Assembly: GCA_902786505.1 (NCBI GenBank)
Contig: CADACS010000002.1
Coordinates: 6,684 to 70,683 of the forward strand
DNA length: 64,000 nt
Direction of reading: 5' to 3'
From: an uncultured Planctomycetota bacterium
GTDB taxonomy: Bacteria; Planctomycetota; Planctomycetia; Pirellulales; Thermoguttaceae
Made by a program: the position numbers and the translations under genes. Below, one piece after another: positions 10,097-19,603 of the stretch; within the stretch, counting starts at the first letter, position 1; the number at the start of each line of letters is the position of its first letter. Under the pieces are notes generated by a model. That model had not been told where the DNA came from. It made no database searches and worked only from the letters and a program-made list of their open reading frames with translations.

Positions 10097-10115
10097 GTAA
10101 TGTATTTTACATTAC
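10097..10115. promoter_or_regulatory. candidate TetR operator (GTAATGTA-ttt-TACATTAC)
   Basis: Perfect 8-bp inverted repeat with a 3-nt spacer, 22 bp upstream of the TetR start codon. Confidence 0.5.
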
Positions 10116-10196
10116 GCTTTTGGCCGCGTCAATAGGGCTCCGAGCAACAACCCGGAGCCCCTGCGCTAAATCAAGTTCTCATACGGGAAACCGGCT

Positions 10197-11732
10197 TCAT
10201 TTCTTCACCGATTTCGTCAAGAGCCATTCGTAGAGCTCTTTCTCGTCGTATGCGAGATCCCAGCAATCATGTCCGACGCCGGGATAGACGGTGAATTTGA
10301 CGTCTTCGTTTCCGGCCTTCTTAACGGCGTCGATCATCGCCTGATCCCCTTCAATTTTGACGACGGGGTCGACCGCGCCATGGAACGCCCATACGGGCAT
10401 AGTCACAGCCGCGGCTTTATCCGTTCCGTAAGAACCGCACACGGGCGCGACTGCGGCAATTTTGCCCGCGCCAATCGCAGCGACGCCCCACGTGCCGAAC
10501 CCGCCGAGCGAAACGCCGGTTACGTAGATACGCGACTTATCGATCGGATACTTCGCGCACACTTCGTCGATGAACGCCAAAATCTGCAGCGGAGACCATG
10601 CGGAGTTCTCTTTGCACTGCGGCGACACGGTAAAGAATTTCCACGTCTTGGCAATTTCAGGATTGTCGCAAAGCTTAGGCGGACCGTACCTCTTGAGAAG
10701 ATTCGGATTCGAGCCGCGTTCGCCCGCGCCGTGCATGAAGACTAACAGCGGATAGCCCGCTTCCGTCTTGGCGGAGTCGTCGCTCGGCTGGAACGCCCAG
10801 AAGCTCAGGTCTTCTTTTCGTTCCGGATCAAGTCGATCCTCGCCTCGGAACATGCCGCCGCCGGCTTTCGCGGGCAAGGTCGCCTTCATGAGGACCTGCT
10901 TGCCCGGTTCCACTTTCGGACCGGAAATAACGGGAGGAAGCTGTTTCGAGAGGAGCCAGTCGTAGAACATTGGGTTGTCGTAAGTTCTCGTCCAACTGTC
11001 GTGCTGAACGCCGGGATAGACGGTGAACGCGACGTCTCTATTTCCGGCTTCTTTAACCGCGTTAACGATCGCGCGGCCGGAATTGATATTGACCGCGGGG
11101 TCGGCGTCGCCGTGGAACGCCCACACGGGCATGGTAATACGTCCGGCTTTTTCCGTCGGGTACCAGCCGCAAATAGGCGCGATCGCGGCAATTTTACCGG
11201 CGCCAATCGCGCCGACGCCCCACGTTCCGAACCCGCCCATCGACAGGCCGGTCACGTAGATGCGCGACCGGTCGACGGGATACGCCTCGCAAATGCGGTC
11301 GATGAGGACTATCATTTGCAGCGGCGACCAATCGACGTTTGGCTTGCACTGCGGCGAAACGGTAATAAAACGCCATGTTTTCGCTATTTCCGGATCCGCG
11401 CAAAGCTTTGCAGGCCCGTGCATTTTGACTTTCTCGGGATCGTCGCCGCGCTCGCCCGCGCCGTGCATAAAGAGCATGAGCGGGTATCCGGCGTCCGTCT
11501 TCGCGGACTCGTCGCTCGGAAAGAAGAACCAGAAATCGACGGTTTCCGTTTTCGATTCGTCGATTTTATCCTCGCCATGTCGCGGGTCGCCGACTTTGGC
11601 GGGCAATTCCGCCTTCATGAGAACTTGTTGGCCCGGCGTCGCTTCCGGGTTATTGTCCTTAATCGAGTCCGCGTTCGCGGAGACCGTAAGCCCAAAGAGC
11701 AAAACGGCTCCCAGTAAGAGAGAATAGCGCAT
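10197..11732 (-). CDS. secreted esterase with two tandem alpha/beta-hydrolase (phospholipase/carboxylesterase-type) modules
   Basis: The track start at 11744 is a GTG. ATG at 11732 gives MRYSLLLGAVLLFGLTVSANA. The module occurs twice, each with HGAGERG, GLSMGGFGTWG or GVSLGGFGTWG, HG(D/A)xDP and (Q/G)HD(S/C)W. Confidence 0.8.
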   Translation of the reverse strand: MRYSLLLGAVLLFGLTVSANADSIKDNNPEATPGQQVLMKAELPAKVGDPRHGEDKIDESKTETVDFWFFFPSDESAKTDAGYPLMLFMHGAGERGDDPEKVKMHGPAKLCADPEIAKTWRFITVSPQCKPNVDWSPLQMIVLIDRICEAYPVDRSRIYVTGLSMGGFGTWGVGAIGAGKIAAIAPICGWYPTEKAGRITMPVWAFHGDADPAVNINSGRAIVNAVKEAGNRDVAFTVYPGVQHDSWTRTYDNPMFYDWLLSKQLPPVISGPKVEPGKQVLMKATLPAKAGGGMFRGEDRLDPERKEDLSFWAFQPSDDSAKTEAGYPLLVFMHGAGERGSNPNLLKRYGPPKLCDNPEIAKTWKFFTVSPQCKENSAWSPLQILAFIDEVCAKYPIDKSRIYVTGVSLGGFGTWGVAAIGAGKIAAVAPVCGSYGTDKAAAVTMPVWAFHGAVDPVVKIEGDQAMIDAVKKAGNEDVKFTVYPGVGHDCWDLAYDEKELYEWLLTKSVKK

Positions 11733-11740
11733 AAAGGACC

Positions 11741-12580
11741 TCACTTTTCAAGTTTTTTCGAAAGGAACCATTCGTAAAGTTCCGGATTGGCGTATGTTCT
11801 CGTCCAGACGTCATGCCCGGCCCCGGGATAGGTCGTGAACTTAACGCTTCCGTTTCCAAGTTCGCGAACTTTGTCGACCAGATCGCGAGAGTACGTATAT
11901 TTAACCGCGCCGTCGGCGGTTCCGTGGAACGCCCAAATCGGCGTCTTCGTCATTTTAGGCGCGAATTCAAGCGGATAACCGCCGCAAAGAGGCGCCGCCG
12001 CGGCGACAATATCCGCGTTGTGCGCGATCATGCCCCACGTGCCGAAACCGCCCATCGACAGGCCTGTTATATAGATTCGCGAACGGTCGACCGGATACGC
12101 GTCGCAAATCTGATCGATTAGAACGCGAAGCTGCGCCGGGGACCAGAACCGCGCCCCTTTAACTTGCGGCGAAAGGGTTATGAACTTCCACGTCTTCGCC
12201 TGTTCCGGATCCGCGCAGAACTTCGGCGGACCGTGGACTTTTACCGCGTCCGGGTTGTCGCCGCGCTCGCCCGCGCCGTGCAGAAAGACAAGGAGCGGAT
12301 AGCCGGCGTCCGATTTCGCGGACTCGTCGACCGGAAGGAAGAGCCAATATTTAACCGTTTCCGTTTTCGTCTCGTCGATCGGATTCGGACCGCCAAGGGG
12401 CATTGCGTCGCCGCCGGTCCATTCCCCGCCAAGAGCCAAGGGGAGTTCCGCGGTCATGAGAACCTGTTCGCCAGGTTGAACGGACTGTTTCTGTTTCATA
12501 TCTTCTGCGTTCGACGCCGCGACGCAGGCGCAAAACGCCAGCAACGCGACCAACGACGACAGTACCGTCGTACGTTTCAT
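11741..12580 (-). CDS. secreted esterase, single copy of the same alpha/beta-hydrolase module
   Basis: Signal peptide MKRTTVLSSLVALLAFCACVAASNA, plus LHGAGERG, GLSMGGFGTWG, HGTADGAV and GAGHDVW. Confidence 0.85.
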   Translation of the reverse strand: MKRTTVLSSLVALLAFCACVAASNAEDMKQKQSVQPGEQVLMTAELPLALGGEWTGGDAMPLGGPNPIDETKTETVKYWLFLPVDESAKSDAGYPLLVFLHGAGERGDNPDAVKVHGPPKFCADPEQAKTWKFITLSPQVKGARFWSPAQLRVLIDQICDAYPVDRSRIYITGLSMGGFGTWGMIAHNADIVAAAAPLCGGYPLEFAPKMTKTPIWAFHGTADGAVKYTYSRDLVDKVRELGNGSVKFTTYPGAGHDVWTRTYANPELYEWFLSKKLEK

Positions 12581-12973
12581 TAATAAAATCCTTCTTTACT
12601 GTGTTAATAAGGGGCTTTTTTGACCGCGGCCGCAAATTGCCGCCGCTCTAGACAATATAGAACAAGCAAGGCCAAAAAGCAAGCGTTTTTAAAAAAATCT
12701 AACGCCGGGCTTACTGAACTGCGCCCGACTGAGAAAGAATCGCAAAGAGAAAGCCAAGAAATAAAAGAAGCCGGCTCGAAGCGAAGGAGGGGAACCAGCC
12801 CCTCTGACCTGAAAATGGGCAAGATTTTCCAGATCAAACAATCTTCGCGCGCCGGCGACATTACCCCCTCTTACAAAGAAGGCGCCAAAAAGGCCGACAA
12901 GAAACAGCGACTTCATTTATCGTCTAGAAAATTATAGCCTTACCGTAATAAAAAATTTTTAGCCCGATTATTT

Positions 12974-13023
12974 AAAAAAATAAAAAACGCCTCGTTTTAA
13001 TAAAAATGTATCAAAACGAGACG
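12974..13023 (-). terminator. Rho-independent terminator after the beta-helix gene
   Basis: Stem CTCGTTTT/AAAACGAG (12991..12998 and 13013..13020). The minus-strand transcript has a long T-run after it (plus-strand A-run 12974..12987). Confidence 0.6.
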
Positions 13024-13059
13024 TTTTATTTTACGTCGTTTCACGTTCCAAAGCGACCG

Positions 13060-15150
13060 TCAGCGCAGCAGCGCCGGGACGCCCAGAACCGTTACGATAT
13101 AGTCTTCCAAAACCCCCTGAGAGGGCTTTTCAAATTTCACGCTCCAAAATCCCTTCATGGGCGGAATCGGCTTGCCGTTCGCGTCCTCGGCGACCGACCA
13201 AGCGCCGAGCGAAGAAACGTCGGCGAGTTTCGCAATTTCCTTGCCGGTCGGATCGTAAACCGTCGCCGTTACGCGTTCCGACGCGCTTCCGATTACGCGC
13301 AGACCGAGGTCCGCGGCGCCTTCGGGCACATAGAACGAGAACGTTCCCGTCGACGCGAACACGTCCAGCGTAGGCCGCGCCGAAATCAAAATGGGCGCGT
13401 CGTTTTTCGAGCTCAGTTCGACCGTGCTCGCGCCGAATTGAACGTCCAGTTTGAACCAGCCGCTCTCCTCCGCATTAAACGTGAAGTCATGAGGCTGGCA
13501 GTCGCCGGGCGCGGTCTCGAGCGCAATCTCTTTTCCGGACGGCGACGTTACGAGCGATTTCACTTCCGCCGGCGTGTAATTGCCAATTTGTCGCTGCAGC
13601 AGACGCCATTCGACCGTCTCGCCGGCCGAGGCGCAGAAGTAGTACGTCGCGTCGCCGCGCGCCCGAACGCTCGGGGCGCCGTCCGCGCGCTCGCGCCATG
13701 CCGCGGCGAGCTCCTGCGCCAGCTTCGCGTTGGCGGACGAATTGAGCGCCGCCAAGTCAAACGCCTCGACGCGACGCGCGCTCAGCTGCGGAAAGAGCTT
13801 TTTGAGGCCCGCGTCGTCGACCGGAACGTCCGCGCTCGATTTGACCGTCCCGTCCGCGTTGAGTTTCGTGGCGCGAATCGCGCCGGCGAATTTCCGGAAA
13901 CCGACGCCCTCGCTCGACGCGTCCCGAACGGCCAGGAGGAACTCCGGCGCGTCGGCGGCCGCGTCGACGATCTCGACGTCCTCAAACGAAACGCCCCCGT
14001 TGGCGTCGACGTCGGTCCCGACGGCGATAAACGAAACGCCCATGTCGGTCGTCGACTTTTGCCACGCGCCGACGGCGACGTCGGTTACCACGTTAAAGTC
14101 ATAGTCCGCAAACTCTCCGTATCCGAGAACGCTCGCCGCGCTGGGCGTCGTTACGCGAACCTTTTCAAAGCGCAGCGGCGCGCCGTCCGCCCACTTGCTG
14201 CGAACCGCGATTCCAATAAAGTTGCCCGTAAATTCGCAGTTGCGAAGAAGCATGGCGCCGTCGAGCAGCCGGTCTTCTCCGCTCCCGACGGTCAGCGATA
14301 AGCCCGCGCGGTTATTGCGAATCGACTTACAGTCTTCAAACGCAAACGAGAGTTCTTTTTTGGCAAGGTTTTTCAGCTGAGGAAGGTAGAACGCGATCCC
14401 ATCCCCCCGGTTATTGATCGCGAGAACCCGCCGCATAACGACGTTCGATATTTGCTCGTCCGCGTGATTCGGCTCAAAATCGATTCCCGCTTCCGGGGCC
14501 GTGCCGACCGTGTCGCGCAAAACGCAGTCTTCAATCAGCAATCCGTCGACGCTGATAACGCTGATTCCCTGACGGTTGTTCGCGACGCAGTCGACGTTTC
14601 GCAGCGTAATATCGCGGCACGGAACGCCTTCCGTCGCGACGCCGACGTAGACGCCGTCCCCGCCCGTCTCCGCGATCGTAAGATTCTCGACCGTAACGTG
14701 CGCGGCGCTGCGAAGAGACAGACCGTGCCGCCATTCCGATTTCTCGTAGGGCGCGTTCCAGTAATCCTTTTTGCGCATACGGAGCGTCGCGCCCCCGCCT
14801 TCCCCGCGAATTACGATATTCTCCGCGTTCTGCGCCGTTATGAGCGTCTCGCCTTTGGATTTAAACTCGCCGGCTTTCGCAAGAATCTCAACGCCCTCTT
14901 GGAGAACAAGTTCAAGATTGCTTCGGAGCGTAATCGGCCGCACGATCCAAGGTCCGGCCTGCCTGTCGACGACGACTCTTTTCGCGCCGGAATTAATCGC
15001 CTTTTGAAGACTGTCGGTCGCGTCGGCGGCGTCGTAGCCAAAAGAAGACGCGACGACCGTTTCGTCCGCCGCGCGCGTCTGTTCTTCCGGAGCCAAACCG
15101 AACGCGAACAGGACGGCGCATAGAAGTCCGAAATAATTTAACCGATTCAT
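13060..15150 (-). CDS. secreted right-handed parallel beta-helix repeat protein (pectate-lyase superfamily fold)
   Basis: Starts at the internal ATG at 15150 (MNRLNYFGLLCAVLFAFGLAP). Repeated beta-helix-type segments such as NLTIAETGGDGVYVG, LRNVDCVANNRQGISV and VLAINNRGDGIAF. Confidence 0.8.
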   Translation of the reverse strand: MNRLNYFGLLCAVLFAFGLAPEEQTRAADETVVASSFGYDAADATDSLQKAINSGAKRVVVDRQAGPWIVRPITLRSNLELVLQEGVEILAKAGEFKSKGETLITAQNAENIVIRGEGGGATLRMRKKDYWNAPYEKSEWRHGLSLRSAAHVTVENLTIAETGGDGVYVGVATEGVPCRDITLRNVDCVANNRQGISVISVDGLLIEDCVLRDTVGTAPEAGIDFEPNHADEQISNVVMRRVLAINNRGDGIAFYLPQLKNLAKKELSFAFEDCKSIRNNRAGLSLTVGSGEDRLLDGAMLLRNCEFTGNFIGIAVRSKWADGAPLRFEKVRVTTPSAASVLGYGEFADYDFNVVTDVAVGAWQKSTTDMGVSFIAVGTDVDANGGVSFEDVEIVDAAADAPEFLLAVRDASSEGVGFRKFAGAIRATKLNADGTVKSSADVPVDDAGLKKLFPQLSARRVEAFDLAALNSSANAKLAQELAAAWRERADGAPSVRARGDATYYFCASAGETVEWRLLQRQIGNYTPAEVKSLVTSPSGKEIALETAPGDCQPHDFTFNAEESGWFKLDVQFGASTVELSSKNDAPILISARPTLDVFASTGTFSFYVPEGAADLGLRVIGSASERVTATVYDPTGKEIAKLADVSSLGAWSVAEDANGKPIPPMKGFWSVKFEKPSQGVLEDYIVTVLGVPALLR

Positions 15151-15274
15151 GAAATCACCGTTTATCAATGGAATAGGAAGGATACAAAAAACCCGCCGCG
15201 ATACGGTCGGCAAACGCGACGCCGCGGCGGGTTCTCCATGTCAAACTACTTGTTGCGAACGTTCGGCGGGAGAA

Positions 15275-17035
15275 TTAGGATTTCTGAGCCGCTTCGCGTT
15301 CTTTTCGCGCCTGTTCTTCACGGCGCAGTTCCGGCGACGCAGCGTTAAAGATCATCGCGAAGAGGAGCATCGCGGCAAACGACGAAAAGACGAGCATACC
15401 GAAGATGAGCGGCCAGCCCGCCTTCGAGATATTTGCGCGGCCTTGAATCGCTTCCTTCGTCGCGGTTTCGACGATTTTCGTCCGCTGCGCGTCGTCGAGT
15501 TCGGCCCCTTGGAAAATATCGTTGATCGCCGCGGTCAGTTTGCCTTGGCTCTTTTCCAGTTTTTCCGCGACTTTTTGGCCCGCGTACGTTTCGCGCGAGC
15601 CGCTGAAATTATCGTACGAACGCTGCGCGTCGTACGCGCCTTCGAGCGCTTTAACGAGCCCGGAAACGCCGATTTCCTGAATCTTTTCCGCCTCAAAACC
15701 GGGAATTTCAGCCGCGCCGGCGACCGCCGTCGCTACCATATCGTCGCGCGCCGCTTTATACGGTGCGGTCGCGGAGTCGACGATGAGCCCGACGCCGAAA
15801 CCGGTTACGATCGTCGCAAGATATCCGAACAGACCGGTCAGACCGCTCGACGCCGCGCCCGACTTCTTCGTCGCGATTGTCGCGGCGACGCACCCGATCA
15901 GGCACTGCGGACCGTAAATAAAGAACCCGATCATACTCATAATTAAGATGTTCAGTACGAGCGAATCGGAATCGAGCTTCCAGAAGGTAAAGGAAGCGAT
16001 TAAGCAGCCGAGCATATAGACAAAGCACGCTTTCGCGCCGCGGCCGTGGAAGACCCTGTCCATTAAAAGCCCGCTGAGAATAATGCCGCACGCGCCGAAA
16101 ATTTCGTAGCACGCGGTCGCCCAGCCCGCCGATTTGAGATCGAGCCCTTTCGATTGAGACAGGAACGTCGGCGCCCAGTCGAGAATCGAAAAACGAACGA
16201 TATAGACGAAGAAGTTCGCAAAGCACAGAACCCAAACCGCCCAGTTCGAGAAGACGTTTTTGCAAAGATCGGCCCACCAGCTCGTCTTTTCGTCGTCGGC
16301 GACCGCCGCCTGTACTTCGGCGACTTCTTCGGCCGCGCCGTGCTTGCGCGCGTAATAGACTTCAACCGGCTCAAACCCTTCTTTTTCAGGCGAATCGCGA
16401 AGCGCCCAGTAGAGCCCAATCGCGCCGAGAATACTCAGGCACGCGGGAACCAGGAAGCAGTACTTCCAGCCGAACGCGACGACGAACGAATTGAGCAGAA
16501 AGACCAAGCCCGCCCCGAACGAGTGCGAGATATTCCACGTCGCGAATTTTACGCCGTGTTCTTTCGGCGCGAACCAGTGCATGAGGCTCTTTGCGCAAGG
16601 CGGGAACCCCATCCCCTGGACCCAGCCGTTTATAATCCAGAACGAACCGATAATCCACGCGATTACGTTCGCTTTCGACTCCGATGAAACGCCTATTGCC
16701 GTCGCGATATCGGACGAAAAACCGCAGAAGACGTTCGTCATCGCGGCGAGGAACAGCCCGATCGACATGAAGTAACGGGGATTGACCCGGTCGCTCCAGA
16801 CGCCGTTGACAAACCGCGCGACGCCGTAAAGCACGCCGTGGATCGTCAGAAAAAGACCCAGCGTCGTTTTCGTAATCCCGATCTCTTCCAGACCGGGCAT
16901 CGCCATCGTGATACTTTTACGGACAAAATAGAAGAAAATATAGCCGATCATCGTACCCAAAAGGATACGCCATCGCCAATATTCATAATCCTTATCGCTG
17001 CGGCGAACCGGAGCGGCAACAGGAGGAGTCGACAT
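15275..17035 (-). CDS. MFS transporter, organophosphate:Pi antiporter (GlpT/UhpC-like) family, with a large insertion before the last TM
   Basis: YWRWRILLGTMIGYIFFYFVRK, GFFIYGPQCLIG and GLFGYL match the remembered GlpT/UhpC pattern. About 119 extra residues lie between predicted TM11 and TM12. Confidence 0.9.
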   Translation of the reverse strand: MSTPPVAAPVRRSDKDYEYWRWRILLGTMIGYIFFYFVRKSITMAMPGLEEIGITKTTLGLFLTIHGVLYGVARFVNGVWSDRVNPRYFMSIGLFLAAMTNVFCGFSSDIATAIGVSSESKANVIAWIIGSFWIINGWVQGMGFPPCAKSLMHWFAPKEHGVKFATWNISHSFGAGLVFLLNSFVVAFGWKYCFLVPACLSILGAIGLYWALRDSPEKEGFEPVEVYYARKHGAAEEVAEVQAAVADDEKTSWWADLCKNVFSNWAVWVLCFANFFVYIVRFSILDWAPTFLSQSKGLDLKSAGWATACYEIFGACGIILSGLLMDRVFHGRGAKACFVYMLGCLIASFTFWKLDSDSLVLNILIMSMIGFFIYGPQCLIGCVAATIATKKSGAASSGLTGLFGYLATIVTGFGVGLIVDSATAPYKAARDDMVATAVAGAAEIPGFEAEKIQEIGVSGLVKALEGAYDAQRSYDNFSGSRETYAGQKVAEKLEKSQGKLTAAINDIFQGAELDDAQRTKIVETATKEAIQGRANISKAGWPLIFGMLVFSSFAAMLLFAMIFNAASPELRREEQARKEREAAQKS

Positions 17036-17076
17036 AACGCGCAGTTCTTTCTAATTCGTGTAAAAAAGCAAACCCA

Positions 17077-17952
17077 TTATTTCTTCGTCTTCGCAGCGAC
17101 GAGAAGATCGCGAAGAACGGAAATGTCGTCGAGGACGAGCTCCGGCGTAAGACCGCTCTCTTTGAGGGATTCGAGCGTCGCTTCGCCGGTAAGTACGAGA
17201 ACGGCCGCAACTTTCGCGCGGCGCGCCATTTCCATATCGGTGTAGATACGGTCGCCGACCATCATCACTTCGTCCGGCTTGAGCCCGTACTTGTCCATAA
17301 CGCCGCTGATCATCGCCGCGTCCGGCTTGCCCGGCACCGCTTCAGGACGCCGCTTCGTAACGTCGGCAATGAGCGCCTGAACGGCTCCGCAGTCGACGAG
17401 AATCGTCGTCTTGTCCGTCGGGCAGACGGTGTCAGGATGCGTCGCAATGTACGGCTTGCCCTGACCGACCCAATAGGTCCCTTTGCAGAGCCGGTCGAAC
17501 GTCAGCGTCGTATCAAACGCCACGACAACGAGCTCCGGTTCGTCTTTATCGTTGTATTCGTCGATCATTTCGTATCCGTGATCGGTGAATTCTTCGCGAA
17601 GACTCGCCGTGCCGAGTACGTAAATCTTTTTGACGTCCGGATAATGCTGCTTCAGATAGAAGAACGTCGCGGTCGCCGACGTCGAGATATTGTCGGGCGT
17701 CGCTTTCAGACCGAGATCCAGAATCTTCTTCAGGTAATCTTTGGCGCTCTTTGAGGAATTGTTCGTCAGAAACGTATAGCCAACGCCAATCTTGTCGAGC
17801 GTTTCAAAGACGTTTTTAGTATACGGAAAGAGCGTTCCGCCCTTGTAGATCGTTCCGTCCATATCAAACACAACGCGTTTAATTTTGGACAGATCTACCG
17901 TGGGATTCAGGTAATGAACGCTATGTTCGTTGAGATTTTTAGAGTCGGGCAT
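17077..17952 (-). CDS. HAD-IIA family hydrolase (NagD-like sugar-phosphate phosphatase)
   Basis: Internal ATG at 17952. Motif I is VVFDMDGTIY, followed by FLTNNSS and a C-terminal MVGDRIYTDM. Confidence 0.85.
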   Translation of the reverse strand: MPDSKNLNEHSVHYLNPTVDLSKIKRVVFDMDGTIYKGGTLFPYTKNVFETLDKIGVGYTFLTNNSSKSAKDYLKKILDLGLKATPDNISTSATATFFYLKQHYPDVKKIYVLGTASLREEFTDHGYEMIDEYNDKDEPELVVVAFDTTLTFDRLCKGTYWVGQGKPYIATHPDTVCPTDKTTILVDCGAVQALIADVTKRRPEAVPGKPDAAMISGVMDKYGLKPDEVMMVGDRIYTDMEMARRAKVAAVLVLTGEATLESLKESGLTPELVLDDISVLRDLLVAAKTKK

Positions 17953-18271
17953 AACTGTCTTTCCACAAAAAAAGGGTCGTTCTTTCGGACATTTTAGACG
18001 CGTTCGCTGTATAAGCGCCGTCGAAAACAACCGCGCGGACGTACGGACCGGCGATTCGCCGACGCATTAATTATACGCTAAACTGAAGTCCGCTTTCAAC
18101 CCCCAAACGGTTATTTTTTTATTTTTTCGGGCGGCGAAAACGCTCGTGTCGGCCGTTGCGTCGCCCCTTAACAAAAACCGGTCGGCCGGTACAATAGAGA
18201 GACGCGTTTGCACAGGATCGCGCGCATATTTTAACGGCGCGCGGCGCGCTGTTCGTTAGGAAAGGATAACT

Positions 18272-19489
18272 ATGGCGACCTACCAATTCAACTCGATTGA
18301 AGAAGCGATCGACTCGTTTCGCAAGGGCGAAATTGTCATTGTCGTAGACGACGAAAACCGCGAAAATGAAGGCGACTTCATCTGCGCGGCGGAAAAAGTG
18401 ACGCCGGAACATGTGAATTTCATGTTAAAGTACGGTCGCGGTCAAACGTGCGTCCCGCTCCTGCCCGAAACGTGCAAGCGTCTCGAACTCCCGCAAATGG
18501 TCCAGGATAATACCGCGCCCCTTCAGACGGCGTTCACCGTGCCCGTCGATCATAAAGACGCGCGCACCGGCATTACCGCGCAGGAAAAAGCGCTCGCGAT
18601 TCGCGCGCTCGCCGATCCCAAGAGCGTGCCCGGAACGTTCGTTCGGCCCGGTCATCTCTTCCCGCTCGAAGCGAAAGAAGGGGGCGTTTTGCGGCGCGCC
18701 GGCCATACGGAAACCGCAGTCGATCTCGCGAAACTCGCCGGTCTCTTTCCCGCGGGACTCCTTACGGAAATTCTCAACGAGACGGGCAATCGCGCGACGC
18801 GCGACGAGCTCCTCGAAATCGCCAAGAAATTCAATTTGAAAATCTGCACCGTCGCGGATCTCATTAAATACCGCCGTCAGCATGAAAAGATCGTCGACCG
18901 CGTCGCGGAAGCCAAGCTCCCGACAAAATACGGAGAAGGCTCGATCTACGCGTACAAAATCAAATATGAGACGGGCGAGCCGATCGCCATTGTCTACGGC
19001 GACCTTTCGACCCGGGAAGCGCCCTTAGTCCGCCTCCATTCTTCCTGCTTTACCGGCGACTTGGTCGCGTCGCTTCGCTGCGACTGCGGCGATCAGTTGC
19101 ACATGGCGCTCCAAAAGATTTCCGAAGACGGAGTCGGCGTTCTCGTCTATCTTCCGCAGGAAGGCCGCGGGATCGGGCTTGCGGAAAAGATTAAGGCGTA
19201 CGCCCTGCAGGATCGCGGCATGGACACGTGCGAAGCCAATCTTGCGCTCGGGCATCCGGTCGATCTGCGCGATTACGGCGTCGGACTCCAGATTCTCAAA
19301 GATCTCGGTCTGAGCAAAGTACGGCTCATGACGAACAATCAGAAGAAGGTCGACGCGTTTATCTACGGCGGATACGACGTGGCGATTACCGAACAGGTCC
19401 CGCTCGAAGCGCCGTGCAACGAATTCAATCGCTTTTATCTCGAAACGAAACGCGATAAGATGGGGCATTCGCTCAGCAAAGATATCTGA
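18272..19489 (+). CDS. ribBA: bifunctional 3,4-dihydroxy-2-butanone-4-phosphate synthase / GTP cyclohydrolase II
   Basis: [12 protein letters not shown] and GHTE in the N-terminal half. [10 protein letters not shown]...CDCG and a GRGIGL motif ([10 protein letters not shown]) in the C-terminal half. Confidence 0.95.
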   Translation: MATYQFNSIEEAIDSFRKGEIVIVVDDENRENEGDFICAAEKVTPEHVNFMLKYGRGQTCVPLLPETCKRLELPQMVQDNTAPLQTAFTVPVDHKDARTGITAQEKALAIRALADPKSVPGTFVRPGHLFPLEAKEGGVLRRAGHTETAVDLAKLAGLFPAGLLTEILNETGNRATRDELLEIAKKFNLKICTVADLIKYRRQHEKIVDRVAEAKLPTKYGEGSIYAYKIKYETGEPIAIVYGDLSTREAPLVRLHSSCFTGDLVASLRCDCGDQLHMALQKISEDGVGVLVYLPQEGRGIGLAEKIKAYALQDRGMDTCEANLALGHPVDLRDYGVGLQILKDLGLSKVRLMTNNQKKVDAFIYGGYDVAITEQVPLEAPCNEFNRFYLETKRDKMGHSLSKDI

Positions 19490-19537
19490 CGGCGGCGCGG
19501 CGCCTTGACTCCTTGGCCGCACGCGTAAACAACAACG

Positions 19538-19580
19538 GCGCGAAACCGAAAAGACTCGATTTCGCGCCGTTATTTTATTT
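19538..19580. terminator. bidirectional terminator between ribBA and rny
   Basis: 9-bp stem GGCGCGAAA/TTTCGCGCC (19538..19546 and 19560..19568), followed by a T-rich run. Confidence 0.65.
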
Positions 19581-19603
19581 GTTTGCGATTCTCCGCGCGG
19601 AAA

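Noticed and set aside
12604-12937. Overlapping small ORFs (85, 105 and 75 aa) between the esterase and beta-helix genes.
   Set aside because: They are mutually overlapping, with Lys/Arg- or Phe/Arg-rich composition and no RBS. The region is probably a promoter or terminator region.
18050-18271. An FMN riboswitch would be expected upstream of ribBA.
   Set aside because: The leader has hairpins (for example CGCGCGC...GCGCGCG near 18219-18246) and a weak CGGGCGGCGAAAA resemblance. However, I could not find the conserved GGUGAAAUUCC and GGAUGGGAGA-type segments or a P1 pairing. Rfam RF00050 cmscan would settle this. I have not called it.
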